Assembly: GCA_036918135.1 (NCBI GenBank)
Contig: JBALDB010000007.1
Location: 64,001 to 128,000, forward strand
From: Nostoc sp.
GTDB taxonomy: Bacteria; Cyanobacteriota; Cyanobacteriia; Cyanobacteriales; Nostocaceae
Reading direction: 5' to 3'
Length of the DNA stretch: 64,000 bases
This document shows positions 1-9,997 of the stretch, piece by piece; the first letter of the stretch is position 1; each line of letters opens with the position of its first letter. The notes under the pieces were generated by a model. That model ran no database searches. It saw nothing but the letters and a program-made list of their open reading frames with translations, and was not told where the DNA came from. Made by a program: the position numbers and the translations under genes.

Positions 1-851
1 TAATTAGCGGCTTCTGCAACTGCTTGTAACAAGCGATCGCGCTGGTGTAGTTCAGCTGTAGCTTGTTTTTGTTCTGTAACATCCCTAACAATAAAAGTTC
101 TTATTAAATCACTTTCAGGAAGGTAGAGAACCGATTGTTCAAAAACCTCTGTACCTACTTCCACCTCGCGCATAAAAGAATTTTTTTCTAGATTCTTAAC
201 TGCGGTTAACAGTCCAGTTAAAATTGGGTGTTGCATTCCAATTTCCCTGAGTTTGGGAAACTTGAGAGTTGCAGCTGGATTGAGATAAGTTACTGTTCCC
301 TCTAAATCCATTTCAATAATTGGATTGGGAATCAGTTCTGGGAAGGATGCTAGGCGAGCAAGAGCAGCTTCACTAGCTGCTTCAAAGGTGGTATCAACAG
401 CTAAGGTTTGAAAAGGATTGGCAGAATTGGCTTGCTCTGATAGAAAATTAGATAAATCTTCAACATCGGATGATACAGAAAATGCTTGTTCTGAAAGATT
501 GGAAATAGCATAATATTGAGCTTGAGCTTGATTATTCCCAAATACAATGAGATCTCCATGCTTAAGGTTGTGAGAGAAGCATCTATCGCCATTCACGAAC
601 AAGCCATTGGTACTTCCTTTTCCCTTGTAGTTTCCATCGATAATCTGGAAGCCATATTGGTCAGTTTCTGGAAGAGTTACTCGTAATAAAATTGCATGTT
701 GCATTGATACTGACCGGGAAGCTAAGACAATAGTATTCGCCGAATGCCGTCCTATAGAATAAGTAGCCTCTCTCAGGGGGATAGTTCGCCGCCCTTGCAT
801 ATCTTGAACGATCAACAGATGGCGTATTTTTTCCCGCTCATTTCCTAGCAT
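1..851 (-). CDS. FHA + PAS(-GAF) domain signalling protein, 3' part outside the window (possibly GGDEF/EAL type)
   Basis: Hand translation from ATG at 851: MLGNEREKIRHLLIVQDMQGRRTIPLREATYSIGRHSANTIVLASRSVSMQHA...GSTNGLFVNG (FHA motifs GR, SxxH, STNG), then ASFPELIPNPIIEMDLEGTVTYLNPAA (PAS) and RDRLLQAVAEAA. Open to the left edge and absent from the ORF track. Confidence 0.85.
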   Translation of the reverse strand, partial: MLGNEREKIRHLLIVQDMQGRRTIPLREATYSIGRHSANTIVLASRSVSMQHAILLRVTLPETDQYGFQIIDGNYKGKGSTNGLFVNGDRCFSHNLKHGDLIVFGNNQAQAQYYAISNLSEQAFSVSSDVEDLSNFLSEQANSANPFQTLAVDTTFEAASEAALARLASFPELIPNPIIEMDLEGTVTYLNPAATLKFPKLREIGMQHPILTGLLTAVKNLEKNSFMREVEVGTEVFEQSVLYLPESDLIRTFIVRDVTEQKQATAELHQRDRLLQAVAEAAN

Positions 852-885
852 AGCTGTTCCTCAAATTCTCATATCTTTAGGTCTT

Positions 886-972
886 ATATCAAGTTCGCTT
901 AATACTTATAATTCAAAATTCTCTGCGTTAGGGCGTCAGCCATAATCATAAGTATTCATCCGAACATGATAT
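886..972. repeat. Short MITE-like element with ~25-bp imperfect terminal inverted repeats
   Basis: Ends ATATCAAGTTCGCTTAATACTTAT and ATAAGTATTCATCCGAACATGATAT; the same end motif recurs at 9554, 9825 and 45376. Confidence 0.6.
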
Positions 973-1734
973 TAGTCTGAAAAATACTGCTGCTATAAGT
1001 TCAGATTTTTCAGCTTCGCTTTTTGGGAAATTTACTCAACTAAATTTCTCACTATCTGCAATTCAAAATTTGTATGAGGATGCAAACCAATCTTTTTCTT
1101 GAGAATTTACCTTCAGGAATGAGATGCCCAATTGTCTAACCAATTTTTCCCGTAGAAGTCCTAGCTGTTTTCTCAAATCATGCATAATTTATTAACTCTG
1201 TTCCTTAATCTATATCATCTTTTTTTAGGATACCCAAAATCAAATCAAACACAGAGCTTTATATATAGTATATTTGCGGATTTTTCTTTTAATTTGATGT
1301 TAAATTACGAGAAAACCACAGAGTTTTTAACCAGCTTCTATTGCTAGTTAAGTCTAAAAACTTAAAAATCTAAAAGTAAAAAAGCAAAATAAAATATTTA
1401 GATATTTATATAATTCAACTATTGATATTAAGTCCGGTTGATTATTTATAATTTTCCTAATCTATGCAGAAATGGAAAAATCCTCTTTCCCCTGTTAATA
1501 ACTCTCAGCAAAAACTGCGGTCTTAATGATAAGTCTTTCATCGGACACGATATAATACATTGTTTATTCACAGCAGTCATCTTAAGTCACCGTCGTCAGG
1601 GACATTGCCTCTACTACGTGTCTCTTAGACGCAAAGCGACTTCTCAGAAAGTAACAAATCTTGATTTTACTTTATAAAAAAATTAGGGCATTGTTCATTC
1701 TTTTTTTTATTTTTTACCTCATTTGATAACTAAT

Positions 1735-3582
1735 TTAAAAAGGATTATAGAGTAAGCTAAAATACAAACCGTTTTCTTGTAATGTTCGATCGCTTGACTC
1801 AACAGATATTAAAGGAATTCCCCAGTCAAGACGAACAGTCAAGCGTGAGCCTTGTGACCAACGCAACCCCAAACCAACGGCAGCTAGGGTATTAGGGTCG
1901 GGATTGTCTATATCAGAACTGTTCCAACCAACACCAAAATCAACAAATGGGACAACCTGCAAGGTACTATCTATCTTCGATAAACGCAGAATCGGTATTT
2001 GAATTTCAGCAGAAACAAAAGTGCCATTATCTGTTAAAAGGTAATCTTGACGATAGCCCCGAATGCTATCTTGTCCACCTAATCCAAATTGCTCTATGGG
2101 TAAAAGAGTTCTGGATGCTAATTGTGTATTTAAGCGAAGTAACAGTAAAGTTTCAGGAGCTAAAAGGCGTGCCCACTGCGCTTGTCCTTGCCAAGCAAAA
2201 AAACGGCTATCAGGAGGATTTGCATTAATCGTGGCATTCAACGCACCAATACCCAAGCTAAATTGAGAGCGGAGGGCAATGACTTCACGGCTGTTGCGAG
2301 AAGTCCATTCTTGAAAAAATCGCAACGCAGATACCCTAGTACGTCCTTGATCGTCGGCTCCAGGCGAAATTAAAGATGGGGACACCCCTTCTCTCTGTAA
2401 AACCCAGGAGATATCACTCTCCCGTCGGGAGGCTGTTAACCCAAGGGCAAATTCTTGTGTAGGAGTTTGAGTTATTGGCTGACGGAATGTCAATTCGTAA
2501 TAGCGAGAATCGGAATGGATATCTAGGGAGTCAAAAGGAGGTTCAATGACATTGCTCGATGTGATGCCATAGTAAAAGCTAAGGGTTCCGTTGCGGGGAT
2601 TGAGCGGTAAGGTGTAGCTGGCGTCTAAGGAGTTACTACCATCAGTATTAGTATAAGCTATACCTAAACTATCTCCCAATCCCAATAAGTTAGCCTCATT
2701 CAATTGTAATCGCCGTCGGAAGCTACCAACACTAGGTGCTCGCCCATTATCTAAAACTATTTGGCTACTAAAGGTTTTTGCCTCATTAATCTTGACTTCT
2801 AACAGACTCACACCCGTGCGCGACCCCGCTGAGAGTTCAGCAGAGAGGTTTTTAATCAAAGGATTAAGCTGCAAAAGTTGTAATGCCTCTAACAGACGTT
2901 GCCGATTCAAAGGTGGTGATGTAGCTATTGCTAGTCTGCTGCGGATATAATTGGGGTTCAACCGCTGAGTACCAGTTATTTGAATGTCTTCTAATTTACC
3001 TTCGATTACCTGAATTTTTACGACACCAGATTGGATTGTTTGCGGTGGGATATAGGCACCAGAGGTAATGTAACCATTTTTGACATATAGGTCAGTAATT
3101 TTGGAGCGTGCTTGATACACTTGGCTTAGAGAAATCGGTCGTTTAGTAAATTCAGCAGTAGCTTCGGCTAGCTGTTTGGGACTGAAAACTGTGCTACCAA
3201 TAACTTCAAATCTTTGAACAACAATAGTTTGAGGAAATTTGTCAGGAACTGGTTGCTCTGGTGTGGGAGTTGGGGTAGAGGGCGGAAATAGTTCTGCTGG
3301 TGGAGGAAGTGGCTGTGGCGGTTCTGGTGAGGGTAGTGGGGAAGGTGAGGGTAGTGGTTGGATATCCTGTGGTGGTGGGATATCCTGTGGTGGTGGGACT
3401 GCTCGTTGCGACAAGATGAAATTACTATTTAGTTGTTTTGTAGGGAAATTACTATTTGGTTGTTTTGTAGGATCGACAGCCTGAGCTTTTAAGGGTATGG
3501 AAGCTAAGGTACTGAGGGATATACATATATCCAGTGGTAATAACCACAATATTGCAATATTAATCGAATATTTATCAATCAT
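1735..3582 (-). CDS. ShlB/FhaC/HecB family two-partner secretion outer-membrane transporter (TpsB)
   Basis: Signal-like N-terminus, Pro-rich linker, POTRA motifs (LYVKNGYITSGAYIPPQ, VIEGKLEDIQI), GGQDSIRGY loop, terminal aromatic residue. Confidence 0.9.
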   Translation of the reverse strand: MIDKYSINIAILWLLPLDICISLSTLASIPLKAQAVDPTKQPNSNFPTKQLNSNFILSQRAVPPPQDIPPPQDIQPLPSPSPLPSPEPPQPLPPPAELFPPSTPTPTPEQPVPDKFPQTIVVQRFEVIGSTVFSPKQLAEATAEFTKRPISLSQVYQARSKITDLYVKNGYITSGAYIPPQTIQSGVVKIQVIEGKLEDIQITGTQRLNPNYIRSRLAIATSPPLNRQRLLEALQLLQLNPLIKNLSAELSAGSRTGVSLLEVKINEAKTFSSQIVLDNGRAPSVGSFRRRLQLNEANLLGLGDSLGIAYTNTDGSNSLDASYTLPLNPRNGTLSFYYGITSSNVIEPPFDSLDIHSDSRYYELTFRQPITQTPTQEFALGLTASRRESDISWVLQREGVSPSLISPGADDQGRTRVSALRFFQEWTSRNSREVIALRSQFSLGIGALNATINANPPDSRFFAWQGQAQWARLLAPETLLLLRLNTQLASRTLLPIEQFGLGGQDSIRGYRQDYLLTDNGTFVSAEIQIPILRLSKIDSTLQVVPFVDFGVGWNSSDIDNPDPNTLAAVGLGLRWSQGSRLTVRLDWGIPLISVESSDRTLQENGLYFSLLYNPF

Positions 3583-3845
3583 TGCACTGAAATATTTTTG
3601 CTCTAAAATTATGAGACTATACGGGGACTGCTATAGATGTGAATCTTACTTCATCTTTTGCCACTAAAGTTAATATTTTCAGCAAATCTCAATCGAAAAG
3701 CTGAATTAAATGTTAATTGCAGATTTAAAAATATTAATAAGTATTATTAAAACTACTATCTAGTAAGCCCCAGCAATGGAAAATAGGTCGAGGCAAAAGC
3801 TTTGAATGACCAGTAGTGCTGCTGGCACTATACAGATTAAGAAGG

Positions 3846-3983
3846 CTAGAAATCGCATCAGGAGTAGAAATTACTGCAATTATTACTAAGCAATCAGTTG
3901 ACAGCCTCCACCTGCAAGAGGGAAAACAAGCAACCACTGTGATTAAAACATCATACATTATAATTGCTACAAATCAGAAATAA
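3846..3983 (+). pseudogene. Mop/TOBE molybdate-binding domain remnant (N-terminus missing)
   Basis: Translates LEIASGVEITAIITKQSVDSLHLQEGKQATTVIKTSYIIIATNQK*, matching the TOBE pattern (IT..S...L.L..G......IK). No SARN-type N-terminus in frame; TGA at 3807. Confidence 0.7.
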
Positions 3984-4291
3984 GTAAATAGGGTATGGCG
4001 ATCGCTTCATAATAGTGCATTGCCCATTAGCTATAGATGCAGAAAAGAAACCTTTTAACCAAAGTATTTTTGGGAGCGATCGCCCTATGTAACTCTAATA
4101 TAGTAAAGTCCAGTATTACTAACTTCCGAACCAGATGAGGTGATGAGTATTTTATCCCTCAGATTTTAATCCAATAACTGAGCCGCCATACAAGTATAAC
4201 TTTCACACCCAAATTATTGGCAGCTTTTTAGAAAACAGAATTGACATTGCATTGATATTAAAAGTATGTATTCTGTTGCGATCGCGCAAGT

Positions 4292-4993
4292 CTAAATTGT
4301 ATCTGGATCGATGTTTAACTGCCGCAATTTGGCTGCCAAACGTTGTGCTTTTTGTTCTGCTTGTTCTAGTCTTTGCTCTGTCTGTTGTGCTGTTTCTTCA
4401 GGTGTTGGTACTATTTGTCCGTTTGGTGTAAAAAACCGTAATAATCCCTGATAAATTCCTAGATATTACCCTAACTGTTGACTCCATAAATGTCCTTGCT
4501 CATTTACTTGTAGAGGTTGATATTCTCTATCTACTAAATGAAATCCGGCAAATTCTAATGTATATGGGTCGAACCAAAAATAATCTAAAGTGCGGAAAGT
4601 ATCTTGATAAATTTCTTTTTTTAAACCTCTGTCTGTCTTCGCCGTTGAGTCAGAAAGTATTTCTAGAATTAAATTTGGATATTTGCCATCTTCTTCCCAA
4701 ACTACCCAACTTTTACGGGTTTTGCGTTTGCATCCTAAGACTACAAAAAAGTCTGTCCCTGGGAAATATTCTGATTTTAGTTGGCGGTGACTGTAGTAGA
4801 TAGTCAGGTTTCCAGCTGCATAGAAATCATTTCTATCTCGCCACAGCCATTCTAAACATGTCAAAAGTAAAATTATTTGTCGTAAATGTAGTTCGGTTTC
4901 CAACGGAGGCTCATCGCTATATAAATCACCAGGGGGAAAAATAATATCTTCACAGATGCCTTCTTGAGCATCAAATTCTTGAGCTATGGTCAT
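4292..4993 (-). pseudogene. Uma2 family endonuclease with a premature stop
   Basis: Uma2 motifs (YSDEPPLE, DFFVVLG, RKSWVVWEE, ILEILSDST). TAA at 4466-4468; the frame continues YLGIYQGLLRFFTPNGQIVPTPEE...LRQLNIDPDTI* to 4292. Confidence 0.85.
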
Positions 4994-5305
4994 AGAATGG
5001 ATACGGCATCAATTAGTTATTGATTTATTTTAGCAATCCTTGCAGAACGCCTAAAATAAATTAGAAAAATTATAGAAATGCGTTCGCCATAATTTATTTA
5101 CACAAATGACGGCGAACGGGAGCAATCGCGTCCTCTTCGAGCCGAACTTTTTCTCTTTGATGCAGACTTTTTGTACTAAAAATACTACTGCGAGGTTATG
5201 AATATCATATTGTTAAGCTTGCAAATCGTAGCGATCGCTACTTTTTTTCCAACTATTTTGGTAATAGTTATAGAATATCTCTAAAAATAATCTTGAATAT
5301 CCATA

Positions 5306-6157
5306 ATGAGTGTTTTCTTCTCAGATGAGGCGATCGCTAGGTTAATTCAGGAAGATGTTCCTTACCTAGATTTGACAACTCACGGACTTGGTATTGGCAA
5401 GCAACTTGGTGAAATCGAGTTTTCTACCCGTCATCCAATGACCATTTGCGCGACTGAAGAAGCAGCCAGAGTATTAAAATATTGTGGTGCCGAGGTTCAT
5501 TATCAAGTGGAAAGTGGTACAGTCTGCCAACAAAAGCAATTAATTCTGCAAGCTAGTGGCAGTGCGATCGCTTTACATAGTGGTTGGAGAGTTGCTTTAA
5601 ATTTGCTGGAATATACTTCTGGCATCGCTTCACGTACCAGAGTATTAGTAGATAGTGCTTTAGCTGTAAATCCATCTGTTTCGATTGTGACTACTCGTAA
5701 ATGTTTTCCAGGTACTAGAGCGCTTTCTATCAAAGCAGTTCTAGCTGGCGGGGGCTTTTTTCATCGCTTAGGATTATCCGAAACAGTTCTAATCTTCAAC
5801 CAACATCTAATATTTATGGGAGGTATAGCAGGGCTAATTGAGCGCATGAATGAACTACGACGACAGTTTCCAGAACAACCTATTTGCGTGGAAGTAGATA
5901 CACCAACAGATGCTTGGATGGTTGCTCAAGCAGGTGTAGATCTAATTCAGTTTGATAAAATTCCGTTACCAGACCTTGAGCTTCTGGTTTTGAAGTTGAA
6001 GCAGCAGTATCCGAACTTAAAATTAGCAGCGGCTGGTGGGATTACCTCTGAAAATATAAAGGATTATACAAGCACTGGTGTAGATATCTTAGTCACAAGT
6101 TCACCGTACTTTGGTAAACCGTGCGATATTGCAGTCAAAATGAAGATGGCACAGTAG
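5306..6157 (+). CDS. modD: ModD protein (NadC/ModD quinolinate phosphoribosyltransferase-like family)
   Basis: EDVPYLDLTTHGLGI, TTRKCFPGTR, HRLGLSETVLIFNQH, DLIQFDK, AAAGGI; matches the ModD subfamily rather than NadC. Confidence 0.85.
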   Translation: MSVFFSDEAIARLIQEDVPYLDLTTHGLGIGKQLGEIEFSTRHPMTICATEEAARVLKYCGAEVHYQVESGTVCQQKQLILQASGSAIALHSGWRVALNLLEYTSGIASRTRVLVDSALAVNPSVSIVTTRKCFPGTRALSIKAVLAGGGFFHRLGLSETVLIFNQHLIFMGGIAGLIERMNELRRQFPEQPICVEVDTPTDAWMVAQAGVDLIQFDKIPLPDLELLVLKLKQQYPNLKLAAAGGITSENIKDYTSTGVDILVTSSPYFGKPCDIAVKMKMAQ

Positions 6158-6745
6158 TGCATTTATTAATTTACTTTGATACTTAGGATTGCGGTTGCAA
6201 AAATATAGGAGTTGAATTGTATAGAACAGCGCTTAAGCAATACTTAGAAAGGAAGTAGAGTCTGAGTCTCAATTATAAACAGTTTATTAGCTTGATAGCT
6301 AGCCATTTATAGTTTCTAAGGTAAACGGCGATCGCAAGCTTCTTTACAATATTAAGCTCAACTATTTTCAAAAGAAATAAAAATTAATTTTGTTAACATT
6401 TGATTACCATATTATTTGGTAATTTACTCAATAAGTTGGTATTATCTTCTATACATTAGACAGATACACTTATCCATTTTGAAAAACGCAAATCTCATAA
6501 GAAGTTTGCGGCTAACTTTGGCGTAAAAATTCATTAGTTTTTGATAACTCTTATTGAAAACTAGCTATTTTGTATTGTGTGGTAAGGAGTTGAAAGTTGA
6601 ACGAGAAATCATTTTTACTTTGTTTCACAATATTTATTGTCAGCTTGCTCAGTTTAGGCGATAAAGATACTAATTTTTAGTAAGTAAACAGCTTTGAGCA
6701 AAACTATCTAGTTTTTTCAATATTCAATAGTAAACGGAGAAATGT

Positions 6746-7426
6746 TTGATGCGTTTTACCCGCCAGATACCCATTGCCTCTTTGATATTATCGACAGTAT
6801 TTTTATGGCAGCCTACTTTAGCTGATTCCAAAAGGGATATTAACTGGGAACAAGGACAAAAAATATCAGCTGTCTGGAATCAAAATAAGTGTCCTGGAGG
6901 TTCTTCGCAAAGTTTTCGCTTGGGTGGAGAAGTGAATAATCCAACCACTTATAACTTGCAAAACCTGAGAAATTTACGAGATGTTTTAAAAAACCAAAAT
7001 CCACCAGTAGTTACTGAAGTCACTGTGAGCTTTCAAACCGGCTCAGGTCCCCGAACAGAAACATACTATGGAGTTCCACTCTGGGAATTGATTAATAATC
7101 CGAAAGCCGGAGGTGGTCTCAAGCCTGGTAATTCTGGGGTAAATACTAAAAACTCTTTTTTGAGGCAATATGTTCTAGTTGATGCCACAGATTGCTATGG
7201 TGCAGTCGTAGCTATTGGTGAAATTCAACCTAACTTTGAAGGTAAAACAGTGCTAGTTGCATTTGAAAAAAAAGCTAGTGATGGTACAGTGGTGCCTTTA
7301 ACAGATGATGGATTTGCTCGTTTAGTAGTTCCAGGTGACAAAGCTGGAGGTCGTTACGTTAGTAATGTGACAAATATCGTTATATTATCGGCTCCTCCTT
7401 CTCCTTTGAAACGAAAGTATTTCTAA
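6746..7426 (+). CDS. Secreted molybdopterin-dependent-oxidoreductase-like domain protein
   Basis: Signal peptide ending PTLA; motifs YYGVPLWEL, ATDCYGAVV, RLVVPGDKAGGRYVSNV resemble the Oxidored_molyb-like fold. Confidence 0.65.
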   Translation: MMRFTRQIPIASLILSTVFLWQPTLADSKRDINWEQGQKISAVWNQNKCPGGSSQSFRLGGEVNNPTTYNLQNLRNLRDVLKNQNPPVVTEVTVSFQTGSGPRTETYYGVPLWELINNPKAGGGLKPGNSGVNTKNSFLRQYVLVDATDCYGAVVAIGEIQPNFEGKTVLVAFEKKASDGTVVPLTDDGFARLVVPGDKAGGRYVSNVTNIVILSAPPSPLKRKYF

Positions 7427-7719
7427 AAATTTTTCCTCTCAAAGACTCCTACAACAAAGGATTTCCATATCACTTGATGGTAGTTGTCAAGACTACACTA
7501 CTTTCTCTACCTAGTAAGAAGTTGGAGTGAAGTAAACCTTTGCTCCAAACTTCCCTGCTAGGCGCTGCCAGAACGGGGAAAATCTCTATTTCCACAGTTG
7601 CTACAGATGAGAGTAATTTAGGTTGTGGCGATCGCTTCATAGGTGCATCGCCATGCAGAAAATTGTCTCTAGTTATCGTAAGATGAGACAATAGGCAGAC
7701 TACTTTGAGAGGGGAAGGG

Positions 7720-8163
7720 ATGAGAATCGCTATTGGCAGTGATGAACGCACTAACCTTACCGACATAATACTCGAAGAACTTAAGCGACGTGGATACGAA
7801 GTTATACCCTTTGGTTCCCTAGCGGAGAATAATCCAGAAGTTGATTGGCCTATCAGTAGTAGTAAAGTTGCTTTGGCAGTAGCAACCCAGAAAGTAGATG
7901 AGGGGATTGTTTTTTGTTGGACTGGTACTGGTGCATCTATTGCAGCTAACAAAGTCTGTGGGATACGTGCTGCTTTGTGCCATGATGCTGAAACGGCACG
8001 CGGTGCCCGCATCTGGAATCATGCCAATGTCCTAGTATTAAGTTTACGTGCGACTACAGAAGCGATCGCCAAAGAAATATTAGATGCCTGGTTTAGCACA
8101 CCCTATTCTGAAGATGACTGGAACTTGCTACAAATCAAGCGAATTGGACAGTTAGAGAAATGA
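7720..8163 (+). CDS. rpiB: RpiB/LacA/LacB family sugar-phosphate isomerase
   Basis: MRIAIGSD, FCWTGTGASIAANKV, IRAALC, ARIWNHANVL; ATG at 7720 follows a purine-rich RBS. Confidence 0.85.
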   Translation: MRIAIGSDERTNLTDIILEELKRRGYEVIPFGSLAENNPEVDWPISSSKVALAVATQKVDEGIVFCWTGTGASIAANKVCGIRAALCHDAETARGARIWNHANVLVLSLRATTEAIAKEILDAWFSTPYSEDDWNLLQIKRIGQLEK

Positions 8164-8365
8164 GATGTCGAGGTTGGTAGGCTGATATTATACTGATAGT
8201 TGCGTGTTATTTTCTACCTTATTCTTTTTTGTTTGTAAGTTTGAAATAAAAAATTAATATAATCTTTTATACCTGACAAATTTTCATCGATTTTACTTCT
8301 CCCGTTTCAACATCTACAGTAAATATTTTATATTCACGTTCATATTTAGTTGCTAAAGAAATAGT

Positions 8366-9140
8366 TTATTTGAGCAATCTTAGACCACTTAAGGTAACTA
8401 AAACTTAGAACCTTCATGGCCAATAACGCCTATTGGTAAGTTAATATTTCCTAGAAAGTTACCCACTAAAAGCAACACAATAAAACCCAATGCTACGACT
8501 ATATTCTATTTGACTATAAGTTGCGATCGCCTACCCAAATGTATCGCCACAGCAATTTTTTCTAAATTGTCTGCCATCAATACTATATCTGCGGTTTCCA
8601 ATGCCACATCGCTACCTGCTCCTCCCATCGCTAAACCCACAGTTGCTTGTGCTAAAGCTGGTGCATCATTAATGCCATCGCCTACCATTGTCACAGTTTG
8701 ATACTTTTGCTGTAAATAACGAATCACATCTAGCTTATCTTCTGGTAAAAGTTGAGCATACACTCGCTCAATTCCTACTGCTTTGGCGACGCTATTAGCA
8801 GTTTCTTGATTATCTCCAGTTAACAAAACAATTTGCTCAATTCCGAGTTTTTTTAAGTGAGTAATACTTGCAGCAGTTTGCATTCTCACCTCATCTGCAA
8901 TGGTAATGATACCCATCACCTCTACCCCTCTGCCCCCCTGCCCCTCTGCTCTGTGTTCTTCTCCTGCTACTCAAACCACAGTCTTACCTTCTTGCTCTAA
9001 AAATTGAGCGGTAAAGTTGCCAGTAATATCCCAGCTATAACAATTACTTTGGCATATCCTTTTTCAAAGCGATCAATAAATTTTTGGGAAGGCAGGGCTT
9101 GTGTCTGCGCTTGTTCTACCAAATGAATCACGCTACTATT
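8366..9140 (-). pseudogene. P1B heavy-metal (Zn/Cd-type) ATPase remnant
   Basis: LLTGDN, MVGDGINDAPALA and GHEGS motifs; several stops, a terminal frameshift, a large internal deletion and no N-terminus. Confidence 0.9.
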
Positions 9141-9189
9141 GGGGAGGACAATTATACTACGCTTAGTGAAAACTGAACCAGCCGTACCA

Positions 9190-9478
9190 CTGACGAACAG
9201 AGAAAAAATCCTGATACTATTAAAATTAATACTAAAGTTAAATGTTATAATCTCCGCAACAGTTGGGAATAACGAACAGCCCACTCGCTAATAAAAATAA
9301 CATTTTCTGGCTGGTTGCGACGTAGAGAAAAACTCACCAGAGCGATCGCAACTCCCAAACCTATAACTAAAAATACCAATAATAGTGAAGCTTTAAGCGC
9401 TTGAGTTCCAAATTGAACAAGCTCATTCGGATGCGTTAAATCGGGTAATCCAGGAATAGCTTGAGCAGTAAATGACAT
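9190..9478 (-). pseudogene. N-terminal fragment of a membrane protein
   Basis: MSFTAQAIPGLPDL... with a hydrophobic segment; TAA at 9245-9247, after which a second hydrophobic segment continues in frame (HLTLVLILIVSGFFLCS) and breaks off beside the ATPase remnant. Confidence 0.5.
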
Positions 9479-9553
9479 TGGCGTATTCTTACAGATTTTG
9501 GAGAACCAGACCAATAAATTGTCTGAGAAGTTTTTCTACGAGAGTTTGACATG

Positions 9554-9849
9554 ATATCATGTCCGATTGAATACTTACAGCAGTTTGCAAATAAATGAGG
9601 TACACAACTGGAGAATTCAATATAGAAATTATTCTTTTCCCTCCAGCATAGCTGCCTTCTGCCTCCTGCCTCAAAACCATTAACTCTGTACTTCATGCAA
9701 ATCAAAACTGCTGTATGATATCTGTGAGGGTCGATAATGGGTAATGGGTAATGGGGAAGAAAAACATAACTGTTCACCTCTTGCCAATTATCAATTACTA
9801 ATTACCAAAAAGACCAACCATATTGTAAGTAATTAGCCGAACTTGGTAT
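9554..9849. mobile_element. MITE-like element with nested short tandem repeats
   Basis: Ends ATATCATGTCCGATTGAATACTTAC and GTAAGTAATTAGCCGAACTTGGTAT are imperfect inverted repeats; interior holds CTGCCT(T/C), GGTAATG and ATTA(C/T)(C/T)A heptamer-like runs. Confidence 0.55.
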
Positions 9850-9997
9850 GATACTTCCATTTTTCTCGGCTAGTCTGCCTAGAAGGAAAAATCAACAAAG
9901 GGCTTAAGCCCCTTGTTTTAACCCACGCAGGTAGGTTTTGTTTATCAGACGCGGTTAGAAACCGCCCTTTTAACTTTGATTTGGAATTTTGAATTGT

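Noticed and set aside
3755..3815. Possible PstS-like fragment (WKIGRGKSFE*PV)
   Set aside because: Too short to support without a search.
7470..8012. 180-aa ORF antisense to rpiB, and similar shadow ORFs across the adhesin, PTS and PKS genes
   Set aside because: They overlap well-supported genes and show no recognisable motifs.
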